Assembly: GCA_902785275.1 (NCBI GenBank)
Contig: CACZYB010000003.1
Span: 98,602-162,601, forward strand
Length of the DNA: 64,000 nt
Direction: 5' to 3'
From: an uncultured Pseudomonadota bacterium
GTDB lineage: Bacteria > Pseudomonadota > Alphaproteobacteria > Rs-D84 > CACZYB01
Shown in pieces: positions 10,609-19,914 of the stretch (position 1 is the first letter of the stretch; each line of letters opens with the position of its first letter). The notes beneath the pieces were generated by a model. That model ran no database searches, was not told the DNA's origin, and was given only the letters and a program-made list of their open reading frames with translations. A program made the position numbers and the translations under genes.

Positions 10609-10750
10609 TTTTTCTCCTTTGAATTATTTTTAATTACTAAGTATTACTAAATTTTTTAAATAATAGCAACGATAAATTTTAAAATTTAATCTTGCTTATA
10701 TATTTTTTTTTGCTAAAATAAGGTCAATTGCGTGTAAAGGTTTTAAATTT

Positions 10751-11947
10751 ATGGATAATACAGAAAAGACATATAAGGTTTTAGCTAGAAAATATAGGCC
10801 AAGTACTTTGGAAGAATTGGTTGGGCAGGATGTTTTGGTTCAAACAATTACCAATGCGATAAAAACAAACAGACTTGCTCATGCTTATATATTTACTGGT
10901 ATTCGTGGTGTTGGTAAAACTTCGACTGCGCGAATCTTTGCAAAATCATTAAACTGTGTTGGTGCCGATGGAAAGGCTACTGGTCCACAAATAAAACCAT
11001 GTGGTGTTTGTGAACACTGTCGTGCGATTGCCGAAGACAGAGATATTGATGTTATAGAAATGGATGCGGCAAGTAGAACCGGTGTAGATGATATCCGTGA
11101 AATTATTGATGGTGTACAATACAAACCTTCTTCTGCACGATACAAAGTTTATATAATCGATGAAGTTCATATGCTTTCAAAGAGTGCGTTTAACGCCCTT
11201 CTTAAAACTTTGGAAGAACCACCTGAATATACAAAGTTTATTTTTGCAACAACTGAAATTCGAAAGGTTCCTGCAACCGTACTCTCCAGATGTCAAAGAT
11301 TTGATTTGCCAAGGGTGGAAATGGATGTACTTTGCAAGCATTTCAAACACGTTTGCGAACTTGAAAATGTAAAAATTGATGATGAATCAATACAAATTAT
11401 TGCAAAGACTGCGGATGGTTCTGTTCGTGATGGTATGAGCTTTTTGGATCAAGTTATTTCAAATTGTGATGGTGATATTACTGCAGAAAAAGTTTCAAAA
11501 ATTTTGGGCCTTGCTTCAAAGAATGTAATATTCGAACTTTTCGAAGATATTATGACAGGACAGATACAAAAGGCTATTGACCTAATCGATGTTCAATATA
11601 AGCTTGGTGTTGATCCGGTTCTTGTTTTGACTGATTTGCTTGAGATGACTCATTATATAACAAGAGTTAAGATTGCACCACAATCTGTTGGGCTTTTACC
11701 TCTTATTCCAGAAGAACAAGATAAGGTAAGACAGTTTGCAGGAAAGTTTTCCGTTGCTGTATTGGCAAGGGTTTGGCAAATGCTTCTTAAGGGATTTGAT
11801 GAATTAAAGAAAGTTCCAAACGTTCTTTCGGCGGTGGAAATGATACTTATACGACTTTCGTATATTGGTATGATGCCAAGTCCGGTTGAAATTTTGGAAA
11901 AAATCGAAAATCAGAATTCAGCTGAAGTTCAAAAAAAAAATAGCTAG
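10751..11947 (+). CDS. dnaX: DNA polymerase III gamma/tau, N-terminal frame (gamma-sized, 398 aa)
   Basis: LARKYRP, GIRGVGKT, CGVCEHC, DAAS, IIDEVHMLS and SRC. The frame ends just after the A10 run at 11931-11940. Confidence 0.97.
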   Translation: MDNTEKTYKVLARKYRPSTLEELVGQDVLVQTITNAIKTNRLAHAYIFTGIRGVGKTSTARIFAKSLNCVGADGKATGPQIKPCGVCEHCRAIAEDRDIDVIEMDAASRTGVDDIREIIDGVQYKPSSARYKVYIIDEVHMLSKSAFNALLKTLEEPPEYTKFIFATTEIRKVPATVLSRCQRFDLPRVEMDVLCKHFKHVCELENVKIDDESIQIIAKTADGSVRDGMSFLDQVISNCDGDITAEKVSKILGLASKNVIFELFEDIMTGQIQKAIDLIDVQYKLGVDPVLVLTDLLEMTHYITRVKIAPQSVGLLPLIPEEQDKVRQFAGKFSVAVLARVWQMLLKGFDELKKVPNVLSAVEMILIRLSYIGMMPSPVEILEKIENQNSAEVQKKNS

Positions 11948-12359
11948 TCATATTTCTTCTGCATCCTTATTTGATGACATTGGTAATGCAACCGATGGCG
12001 ATGTTGCAACCATGACAATAGAAGGTTTGATTGATCTTTTGAAAGAAAAGAAATCATTCATACTTTCACAGGATGTGGCAAGGTATGTTCGTTTTGTTGG
12101 TTTTGATAACGGAGTTTTATCAATAAACCTTGAAGATGGGCACCCAAGGGAAATTATTAAAAACCTTAATCATTTCTTTGAGGAAAATAAGTACAAGGTT
12201 AAGGTTGTACAGTCTTCGGAAAGGGGTGAGGATACTTTGGAACAGAAGAAAAAAGCTCTTTTTAATAAACAGTTAGAAGAAATTTCGCAAAATCCTATAC
12301 TTAAAGAGATTTTACAGTGTTTTTCCAATTCAATAGTTGCAAATATCGAAGAATTATAG
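11940..12359 (+). CDS. dnaX: DnaX tau C-terminal domain in the +1 frame
   Basis: DVARYVRFVGFDNGVLSINL...SSERGEDTLEQ...NPILKEILQCF resembles the alphaproteobacterial tau C-terminal domain (DUF3646-like). The frame is open across the A10 run and has no clear RBS of its own. Confidence 0.8.
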   Translation: MASHISSASLFDDIGNATDGDVATMTIEGLIDLLKEKKSFILSQDVARYVRFVGFDNGVLSINLEDGHPREIIKNLNHFFEENKYKVKVVQSSERGEDTLEQKKKALFNKQLEEISQNPILKEILQCFSNSIVANIEEL

Positions 12360-12398
12360 TATAATTTTACCATTAACAAACTTTTAAAAGGAGAAAAA

Positions 12399-12722
12399 AT
12401 GGTAAATATAAATGATTTAGTTGCTCAAGCACAAGCTATGCAAGCAAAGGTTAAACTTGCTCAGGCAGAACTTTCTAAACAAGAAGTTACCGGTGAAGCA
12501 GGAAACGGTCTTGTAAAAATTACAATGACTTGCACAAAAGAAACAAAAAAATGTGAAATTGACGCATCTCTTTTGAAAGCTGATGAAAAAGAAACTTTGG
12601 AAGATTTGATTGTTGCTGCAATGAACAATACAAAAGAATTGGCTGATGAAGTTGCAACCGCAACAATGGAAGAAGCAACATCTGGACTTCAACTTCCTGA
12701 AGGTGTTGATTTACCAATGTAA
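12399..12722 (+). CDS. ybaB: YbaB/EbfC nucleoid-associated protein
   Basis: AQAMQ..., GEAGNGLVKI and LEDLIVAAMN; canonical position after dnaX. Confidence 0.95.
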   Translation: MVNINDLVAQAQAMQAKVKLAQAELSKQEVTGEAGNGLVKITMTCTKETKKCEIDASLLKADEKETLEDLIVAAMNNTKELADEVATATMEEATSGLQLPEGVDLPM

Positions 12723-12735
12723 TTTGGTTTTTATT

Positions 12736-12776
12736 AAAAAAACACTCCCCCTCTACTTTTGTGGGGGATTTTTTTT
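12736..12776. terminator. terminator downstream of ybaB
   Basis: tccccc...ggggga stem followed by a T-run. Confidence 0.65.
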
Positions 12777-12781
12777 GAAAA

Positions 12782-12941
12782 GCTTCTGAAACGACAGAAT
12801 GAGGAAATCCCAAAACGAGTTCGCTTACTTTCTTTTTTAACTCAAAATACAGGCGGGAAACCCGCAGAACCTTATAACTCAAACTATAATTTCTCGCTAA
12901 CAACGCTCGAAATTAAGTTTTTCTAAGTGCAATTTCAGAGC
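12782..12941. other. structured intergenic element (candidate MITE, repeat or ncRNA)
   Basis: Ends pair (gcttctgaaa/tttcagagc). Internal stems are gagtt/aactc, gcggg-aaa-cccgc and aaactataatttc/gaaattaagttt. Confidence 0.4.
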
Positions 12942-12947
12942 AACAAG

Positions 12948-12980
12948 AAAAAATCCCCTACAAACGCAGGGGATGATTTT
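12948..12980. terminator. terminator downstream of fabG
   Basis: aaaaaatcccct...aggggat stem. Confidence 0.65.
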
Positions 12981-12998
12981 CAGAATATCAAAATGACT

Positions 12999-13736
12999 TT
13001 ATACCCTTAACATACCGCCGTTTACATGGATTGTTTGGCCGGTAATGTAGGATGCTTCGTCACTTGCAAGGAAGACAATTGTGTTTGCGATATCGGTTGT
13101 TGTACCGAAACGCTTTGCTGGAATTTGTTCCAACATTTTTGCCTTTAGATCATCGGACAAAACATCAGTCATTGGGGTTGAAATGAAACCTGGGGCAACA
13201 CAGTTTACTGTTATACCACGGCTTGCAACTTCGGATGCCAATGCTTTACTCATACCTGTTAAGCCAGCCTTTGTTGCGCAATAGTTTGCTTGGCCAGCAT
13301 TACCCATCCAACCAACAACGGATGTGATATTGATAATTCTTCCGAAACGATTTTTCATCATTGGAGTAACAACGTCACGTGCAAGTTTGAATGATGCAGT
13401 TAGGTTCACATCAATAACGGCCTGCCAATCTTCATCTTTCATACGCATCATAAGACCATCACGAGTTAGGCCAGCGTTGTTGATAAGAATATCTATTTTG
13501 CCGGCAATTTTTAGTGCTTCTTCAACCAAAGTTTTTGTTGCACCATCAGCCGATAAATCAGCATGGATGGAATATGCCCTTTCGCCAAGTTCATCTGAAA
13601 GTTTTTCAAGAACTTCTTTCTTACGTCCTGTTAAAATTACGGTTGCACCCTGTGCGTAAAGTGTTCGTGCGATTTGTTCGCCAATACCGCCAGTTGCACC
13701 AGTTACCAAAGCTACTTTTCCTGTTAAATCAAACAT
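12999..13736 (-). CDS. fabG: 3-oxoacyl-ACP reductase
   Basis: TGATGGIG, NNAG, GNAGQANYCATK and GQTIHVNGG. Confidence 0.97.
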   Translation of the reverse strand: MFDLTGKVALVTGATGGIGEQIARTLYAQGATVILTGRKKEVLEKLSDELGERAYSIHADLSADGATKTLVEEALKIAGKIDILINNAGLTRDGLMMRMKDEDWQAVIDVNLTASFKLARDVVTPMMKNRFGRIINITSVVGWMGNAGQANYCATKAGLTGMSKALASEVASRGITVNCVAPGFISTPMTDVLSDDLKAKMLEQIPAKRFGTTTDIANTIVFLASDEASYITGQTIHVNGGMLRV

Positions 13737-13746
13737 AAGTTTTCTC

Positions 13747-14688
13747 CTATAATGTTTTTAAAAATTCAGCGACAGATTCAACACTTCCAACTGGAGTTGA
13801 AACAGCTTTGTCTGTACATCTTTTTACTAAGCCGGAAAGGACATTACCACTTCCGATTTCGGTGAAGCTTTCAACACCTTTTGATACCATAAAGTCAACG
13901 GATTCACGGAAACGAACGCCGTTAATCATTTGAAGAGCAAGGTGTTCTTTTATATCCTTTGCTTCACTTTCGATTACAGCAGTTCTGTTTGAAACAAATG
14001 AAACAACCGGATTTTTGAATGAAATTTCGGAAAGTGCACCTTCAACAATTTCCTTTGCAGGCATCATAAGTGGGCAATGTGCAGGTACGGAAACAGGGAG
14101 AATAAGAGCTCTTTTTGCGCCCATTTCCTTTGCGATACCTTCAGCTTTTTCTATTGCAGATTTGTAACCACTTATTACGATTTGACCTGGGCAATTATCA
14201 TTTGCAACAGAGCATTTTTCTGTGTCGGTTGAAGCTTTTTCACAAACTTCACGAACCTTTTCAATATCAAGTCCGATGATTGCCATCATTGCGCCTGTAC
14301 CAGCGGGAACAGCTTCAGCCATTGCCTTTGCACGAACTTTAAGAAGTCTTGCACCAACGGAAATTGGCATAACTTCAGCTGCACACAATGCAGAGTATTC
14401 ACCCAAAGAGTGACCTGCAACCATATCGCAAAGTTCAGTGATTTTTTTACCACTTTGGCTTTCAATAACCTTTAGTGTTGCCATACTTACAGCAAATAAT
14501 GCAGGTTGTGTATTTTCAGTTTTGTTTAATGCTTCGGCATCGTCACCAAAAATAACGCTTGATAAATTTTGGGATAATGCAGAATCGATTTCTTCAAAAA
14601 CTTCTTTTGCTTCTGTATATGTTTGGTATAAATCCAAACCCATTTTTAATTTTTGTGATCCCTGTCCTGGGAATAAAAAAGCACGCAT
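13747..14688 (-). CDS. fabD: malonyl-CoA:ACP transacylase
   Basis: FPGQGSQ, GHSLGEYSAL and VSVPAHCPLM. Confidence 0.97.
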   Translation of the reverse strand: MRAFLFPGQGSQKLKMGLDLYQTYTEAKEVFEEIDSALSQNLSSVIFGDDAEALNKTENTQPALFAVSMATLKVIESQSGKKITELCDMVAGHSLGEYSALCAAEVMPISVGARLLKVRAKAMAEAVPAGTGAMMAIIGLDIEKVREVCEKASTDTEKCSVANDNCPGQIVISGYKSAIEKAEGIAKEMGAKRALILPVSVPAHCPLMMPAKEIVEGALSEISFKNPVVSFVSNRTAVIESEAKDIKEHLALQMINGVRFRESVDFMVSKGVESFTEIGSGNVLSGLVKRCTDKAVSTPVGSVESVAEFLKTL

Positions 14689-14706
14689 TTTATTTTTCCT
14701 TTCCTA

Positions 14707-15069
14707 TTATCTATTACAATTTTGCTTTAATAATTTTTTTAATTCTTTCTTTGTCATTGAAAGTAAATCCTTTGTATCAAGATTTACAACGGAACATGCA
14801 TTATCCTGTTCGTTATATAAGACATAAGCATTTACACCTTCACTAAGATGTTTTTTTGCCCCAGCTTTTAGCACAGGTTGCAATGTTTCCTTATTAACCC
14901 AGATTTTGTTTTCATCGTATCTGTTACCATAGGTTGCGATAACAGGGAAAAGAATTGCTTGTCTTGATACTGGTTTTTCCAAATCAATAACAATTCTGGA
15001 AGCAATATCCCTGTTTGTATTACAACCGAAAAGTAGTACAATCGCAAAAATATAAATTAATTTTTTCAT
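14707..15069 (-). CDS. hypothetical lipoprotein (120 aa)
   Basis: Start MKKLIYIFAIVLLFG-C lies right after the serS stop; lipobox present. Confidence 0.7.
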   Translation of the reverse strand: MKKLIYIFAIVLLFGCNTNRDIASRIVIDLEKPVSRQAILFPVIATYGNRYDENKIWVNKETLQPVLKAGAKKHLSEGVNAYVLYNEQDNACSVVNLDTKDLLSMTKKELKKLLKQNCNR

Positions 15070-15070
15070 A

Positions 15071-16336
15071 TTACAAATATTCCTTACCACCCATGTATGG
15101 ACGAAGTTTTTCTGGAATACGAACCTTACCATCAGCTGTTTGATGATTTTCCAAGAATGGAGCAAGGATACGAGGTGTTGCGATACCTGTGTTATTCAAA
15201 GTATAGCAATATTTAACCTTTCCAGTTGCGTTTTCACGGTAACGAATGTTTGCACGTCTTGCCTGCCAATCAAGGAGGTTTGAGCAAGAATGTGTTTCAC
15301 GATATTTGTTTTGTGATGGTGTCCATGCTTCAAGATCGTACATCTTGTACTTACCAGCACCCATATCACCAGTACAACAAGCAAGTACTTGGTATGGAAG
15401 TTCCAAATCTTTCAAAACTTCTTCGGCTGTTTCAAGAAGTGTGTTATACCATTTTTCACTTTCTGCCAAATCAGCCTTACAAATAACATACTGTTCAACT
15501 TTCATAAATTGGTGAACACGGATAAGACCACGAACATCTTTACCTGCAGAACCAGCTTCACTTCTGAAACATGGTGAATAACCAGCATAAAGGATAGGAA
15601 GTTGGTTTTCTTCTAAAATTTCATCTCTGTGAAGTGATGTAAGAACGATTTCAGCTGTACCAGAAAGGTATAAATTTTCCTTTGGTAAATAGTAAACATC
15701 ATCACGACCTGTTGGAAAATGACCTGTTCCATATAAAGCTTCTTCCTTTACCATTGATGGAACGGTTATCATTGTGAAACCTTTTGCAGTTAATTTATCC
15801 ATCATATACATATGAAGTGCGATTTCCAATCTTGATGCTGCACCTTTAAGTGTATAAGAACGAGAACCACAAACCTTTGCAACACGTTTGAAATCTGCCC
15901 AGCCATTCATTTCCAAAATATCATAGTGATCACGTGGTTCAAAATCAAACTTTCTTGGAGTACCTTCACGACGAAGAACAACATTTTCACTATCATCCTT
16001 TCCAACTGGAACATCAGGCGCAGGAATGTTTGGCACTCTCCACATCATATCATCAAATTCAGGTTGTTTTGTTGCAAGTTCAGTTTCATAAACTTTGATT
16101 TTATCATTCAAATCTTTTGATGCAGAAATTGCTTCTTTCTTTTCATCATCTTTAAGTGATGGGATTTTTGTTGTGATAGAATTTTTTTCTTCACGTAAAT
16201 CCTGAAGCTTTTGATTTATAGATAAAATTTCTTTATCAAGTTTAAGCATTAAATCGATATCAATATCGACATTTTTTTGTTCACAAGTTTTTTTAACAAG
16301 GTCTGTATTTTCCCTTATAAATTTTATATCCAACAT
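15071..16336 (-). CDS. serS: serine--tRNA ligase
   Basis: MLDIKFIREN start, class II motif 2 FRSEAG..G.DVRGLIRVHQF and motif 3 TPRI; start chosen from the AAGGA RBS. Confidence 0.97.
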   Translation of the reverse strand: MLDIKFIRENTDLVKKTCEQKNVDIDIDLMLKLDKEILSINQKLQDLREEKNSITTKIPSLKDDEKKEAISASKDLNDKIKVYETELATKQPEFDDMMWRVPNIPAPDVPVGKDDSENVVLRREGTPRKFDFEPRDHYDILEMNGWADFKRVAKVCGSRSYTLKGAASRLEIALHMYMMDKLTAKGFTMITVPSMVKEEALYGTGHFPTGRDDVYYLPKENLYLSGTAEIVLTSLHRDEILEENQLPILYAGYSPCFRSEAGSAGKDVRGLIRVHQFMKVEQYVICKADLAESEKWYNTLLETAEEVLKDLELPYQVLACCTGDMGAGKYKMYDLEAWTPSQNKYRETHSCSNLLDWQARRANIRYRENATGKVKYCYTLNNTGIATPRILAPFLENHQTADGKVRIPEKLRPYMGGKEYL

Positions 16337-16518
16337 TTCTTTCATCCTTTTTTTTGAAAATATGTGATTAATTATATAAAATAGATTACAAAGAATCAAG
16401 ATTGAAATAAAAAATATCTACTTTATATATTATATATATAAAAAAATTTGTCCTTGACTTTCACCTATAAAAAGGGGTTTTATATTAAAATAGGTAAAAA
16501 ACTTATAGGTGGCAAAAA

Positions 16519-19062
16519 ATGAAACTTTTAGTAGTAGAGTCTCCTGCAAAATCAAAGACTATTTCAAAATATCTTGGTTCTGACTTTGTTGTTGTTCCAT
16601 CCGTTGGACACGTAAGGGATCTTGATCCACATGATGGTGCTGTTGATGTGGATAACGGTTTCCAAATGAAATGGGCAATAATGAAGGATAAGGAACAGCG
16701 AATCCGTGATATTGAAAAATATATGAAAAAAGCTGATGCAGTTTATCTTGCAACCGACCCTGATAGAGAGGGGGAAGCTATTTCATGGCATATTATTGAT
16801 ATTTTGAAATCAAGAAACGAACTTACTAAACCTATTCATCGTGTTGCATTCCACGAAATTACAAAATCTGCGGTAACAAAGGCAATACAAGAGCCACGTG
16901 ATATTGATGATAAGTTGGTTAATGCTTATCTTGCAAGACGTGCACTTGACTTTTTGGTTGGATTTAAACTTTCTCCTGTATTATGGAGAAAACTTCCTGG
17001 ATGTAAATCCGCGGGACGTGTTCAATCTGTTGCACTTAGACTTGTTTGCGAAAGAGAAAGCGAAATTGAAAACTTTGTAAAACGTGAATATTGGTCAATA
17101 GATGGAAAATTTGCAACAAATGATGGAAAGGAATTTCCTGCAAAACTATTCTCCTATAACGGAAATAAACTTGATAAATTTGATATTCCAACAAAAGAAA
17201 AGGCAGAGGAAGTTCTTTCATCTCTTGCAAATGAACAGTATCATATTGGAAATATTGAAAGAAAGAAACAAGCAAGAAAACCTGTTGCTCCGTTTACAAC
17301 ATCTACTCTTCAACAAGAAGCTTCACGTAAGCTTGGTTTTTCTGCAAAACAGACTATGCAGATTGCACAAAAGCTTTATGAAGGTATTGATTTGGGTGGA
17401 GAGACAGTCGGACTTATTACCTATATGAGAACCGATGCGGTTAACCTTTCGGCAGAGGCTGTTGCAAGCATCAGAGAAATGATTAAATCTGATTTCGGTG
17501 ATGAATATTTACCAAAATCTCCGGTTTCTTATGATAACAAAAGTAAGAATGCACAAGAAGCCCATGAAGCAATAAGACCTACTTATGCTACAAAAACTCC
17601 TCAATCAATCAAGGGGTATTTGGATGCAAATCAATTCAAACTTTATGAACTTATTTGGAAAAGAACCGTCGCATGTCAGATGGTACCAGCAGAACTTAAC
17701 TTGGTATCTGCAGACATTGTTACATCTGATAACAAATCTATATTTAGGGCAAATGGTTCTATGATTGCATTTGATGGATTTATGCGTCTTTACAAAGAAG
17801 ATATTGATGATGCAAGTTCGGATGATGATGATAACAGAATGCTTCCAACAATGAATGAAGGCGACAATGTTAAATCTGAAGAAATTAAACCTGAACAACA
17901 TTTCACTCAACCACCTCCTCGTTATTCTGAGGCATCTTTGGTGAAGAAAATGGAAGAGTTGGGAATTGGTCGTCCATCAACTTATGCTTCTATTCTTTCG
18001 GTTATACAGGAACGCCATTATGTTGATTTGGTAAAGAAAAAATTTGTACCACAGGAACGTGGACGAATCGTTTCTGTTTTCCTTGAAAAATATTTTACAA
18101 AGTATGTTGAGTATGATTTTACCGCATACATGGAAGACGAACTTGATGAAATATCAAATGGAAAGAAAAATTACAAGGACGTTTTGGCAGAATTTTGGAC
18201 TGGATTTAAAAATGCCGTTGAGTCATCAAATGGACTTTCTATGAATGAAATCACTGATGCAATTGACAATGAACTTGGTTCACACTTCTTCCCTGCAACT
18301 ACTGATGGAAGTGACCCAAGAAAATGTCCAGATTGCGAAAACGGAAGATTGGGAATAAAACTTGGAAAATTTGGTGGATTTATTGGTTGTTCCAACTATC
18401 CAACATGTAAGTATACAAAGCCACTTATCCTTAATGATGACGAAGAAGATGGCGCTTCGCCTGCCCCTAAAACACAAGATGGTCAAGTTTTGGGACAGAA
18501 TGAAAATGGCGAAAATATTTACCTTAAAAATGGTCCTTATGGAAATTATTTACAACTTGGGGATGCAGTGAAAGGTGATGTTCGTGGTCCACTTCGTGCT
18601 CCTATTCCAAAAAATATTCAGATAGATGCACTTACTTTGGAAAAGGCAATATTCCTTTTATCACTTCCAAAATCGATTGGTTTTGATGGGGAAGATGAAG
18701 TTTTCGTTGCAATTGGAAAGTTTGGCCCTTATGTTAAAAAAGGCAATGTTTCAAAAAGTATTCCTGCATCGACTTCTATCTTTGATGTGGATATAAAGAT
18801 TGCACACGATTTGCTTTTGGGTGCAGTTGAAAAACCAAAGGGAAAAGAGCTTGGTACACATCCAGATGATGGAAAACCAGTTGTTTATTTCAAAACTGGA
18901 AAATTTGGTCCATATGTACAACACAACCGTGTGTTTGCTTCTATTCCAGCAAGTGTTGCAACAGAAGAAACAATTACTTTGGAATTGGCTATTGAAAAAT
19001 TGGCACCAAAGGAACCTAAAAAGAAACCTGAGGTAAAGGAAAAACCAAAGCCCAAAAAGTAA
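16519..19062 (+). CDS. topA: DNA topoisomerase I
   Basis: VESPAK, DPDREGE, SAGRVQS and ITYMRTD; C4 zinc finger; GxFGPYV C-terminal repeats. Confidence 0.98.
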   Translation: MKLLVVESPAKSKTISKYLGSDFVVVPSVGHVRDLDPHDGAVDVDNGFQMKWAIMKDKEQRIRDIEKYMKKADAVYLATDPDREGEAISWHIIDILKSRNELTKPIHRVAFHEITKSAVTKAIQEPRDIDDKLVNAYLARRALDFLVGFKLSPVLWRKLPGCKSAGRVQSVALRLVCERESEIENFVKREYWSIDGKFATNDGKEFPAKLFSYNGNKLDKFDIPTKEKAEEVLSSLANEQYHIGNIERKKQARKPVAPFTTSTLQQEASRKLGFSAKQTMQIAQKLYEGIDLGGETVGLITYMRTDAVNLSAEAVASIREMIKSDFGDEYLPKSPVSYDNKSKNAQEAHEAIRPTYATKTPQSIKGYLDANQFKLYELIWKRTVACQMVPAELNLVSADIVTSDNKSIFRANGSMIAFDGFMRLYKEDIDDASSDDDDNRMLPTMNEGDNVKSEEIKPEQHFTQPPPRYSEASLVKKMEELGIGRPSTYASILSVIQERHYVDLVKKKFVPQERGRIVSVFLEKYFTKYVEYDFTAYMEDELDEISNGKKNYKDVLAEFWTGFKNAVESSNGLSMNEITDAIDNELGSHFFPATTDGSDPRKCPDCENGRLGIKLGKFGGFIGCSNYPTCKYTKPLILNDDEEDGASPAPKTQDGQVLGQNENGENIYLKNGPYGNYLQLGDAVKGDVRGPLRAPIPKNIQIDALTLEKAIFLLSLPKSIGFDGEDEVFVAIGKFGPYVKKGNVSKSIPASTSIFDVDIKIAHDLLLGAVEKPKGKELGTHPDDGKPVVYFKTGKFGPYVQHNRVFASIPASVATEETITLELAIEKLAPKEPKKKPEVKEKPKPKK

Positions 19063-19090
19063 TTTACAATAAAAAAACTTTGTGTATAAT
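19063..19090 (+). promoter_or_regulatory. putative sigma70 promoter for yebC
   Basis: TTTACA-16 nt-TATAAT. Confidence 0.45.
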
Positions 19091-19139
19091 AAACGGAAAA
19101 CTTTAACAAAATTTAAAATTAAAAAAAGGAAATTAAAAA

Positions 19140-19862
19140 ATGTCAGGACATTCAAAATGGGCAAACATTCAACACAGAAAAGGGTTGCAAGATAAAAAAC
19201 GTGGAAACTTATTTACTAAACTCGCAAAAGAAATAACTGTTGCGGCAAAGCTTGGTGATCCAAATCCAGATATGAACCCAAGACTTCGTTTGGCAGTTTT
19301 GGCTGCAAGAAAAGAATCTATGCCAAATGATAACATTAAACGTGCAATTGCCAAGGCTCTTCCTGGAAGTGGTGAAGGCGATTACGCAGAAATCAGATAC
19401 GAAGGTTATGCACCAGGCGGAATTTCTGTTATCGTTGAATGCTTAACAGATAACAAAAACAGAACAGCTTCTGATATACGTTCTATTTTCTCTAAAAATG
19501 GTGGAAACCTTGGTGAAACAGGATCTGTTTCTTTCAATTTCGAACATGTTGGTTTCTTTATGTATAAAAAAGAAGTTGCTGATTTCGACACTGTATTTGA
19601 AACTGCTTTAGAAGGTGGTGCAAGCAATGTTGAAGAAGAAGATGAAAACTATATCATCACTTGTGAAATTCCAGAATTTTCAAACCTTTCAAAAGCATTG
19701 GAAAAATTTGGCGAACCAGAAAAAGCTGAAATTATCTGGCAACCAAAATTAACTGTAAGTGTTAATGGTGAAGGTGCCGAAAAAATCGAAAGATTTACCG
19801 ATGCATTGGAAGACAATGATGACGTTCAAAAAGTTTATACTAATGCTGAATTCAATGAATAG
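19140..19862 (+). CDS. yebC: YebC/PmpR family protein
   Basis: MSGHSKWANIQHRK, YEGYAPGG and TDNKNRT. Confidence 0.97.
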   Translation: MSGHSKWANIQHRKGLQDKKRGNLFTKLAKEITVAAKLGDPNPDMNPRLRLAVLAARKESMPNDNIKRAIAKALPGSGEGDYAEIRYEGYAPGGISVIVECLTDNKNRTASDIRSIFSKNGGNLGETGSVSFNFEHVGFFMYKKEVADFDTVFETALEGGASNVEEEDENYIITCEIPEFSNLSKALEKFGEPEKAEIIWQPKLTVSVNGEGAEKIERFTDALEDNDDVQKVYTNAEFNE

Positions 19863-19879
19863 TATCGTATAAATTTTAT

Positions 19880-19914
19880 AAAAATTTTCCCCGATTTTAG
19901 TCGGGGATTTTTTT
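19880..19914. terminator. bidirectional terminator (yebC/lpxK)
   Basis: tccccga...tcgggga stem flanked by A and T runs. Confidence 0.7.

Noticed and set aside
10609-10750. SRP RNA (ffs), often found upstream of dnaX
   Set aside because: The region is an AT-rich divergent promoter with no SRP domain IV motif.
11886-11939. TTG start of the 157-aa ORF as an independent gene
   Set aside because: It lies inside dnaX with no RBS and is better explained as the shifted-frame continuation of dnaX.
12520-12903. 127-aa minus-strand ORF spanning the ybaB-fabG gap
   Set aside because: It overlaps ybaB antisense, crosses a terminator, and has no RBS or motif.
15070-16399. Long N-terminal extensions in the ORF track (serS 16399 and lipoprotein 15165; likewise nrdG 56310, DUF192 41422 and 50775)
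   Set aside because: Downstream starts fit the RBS, the family N-termini or the lipoboxes. The nrdG extension also runs through a terminator hairpin.
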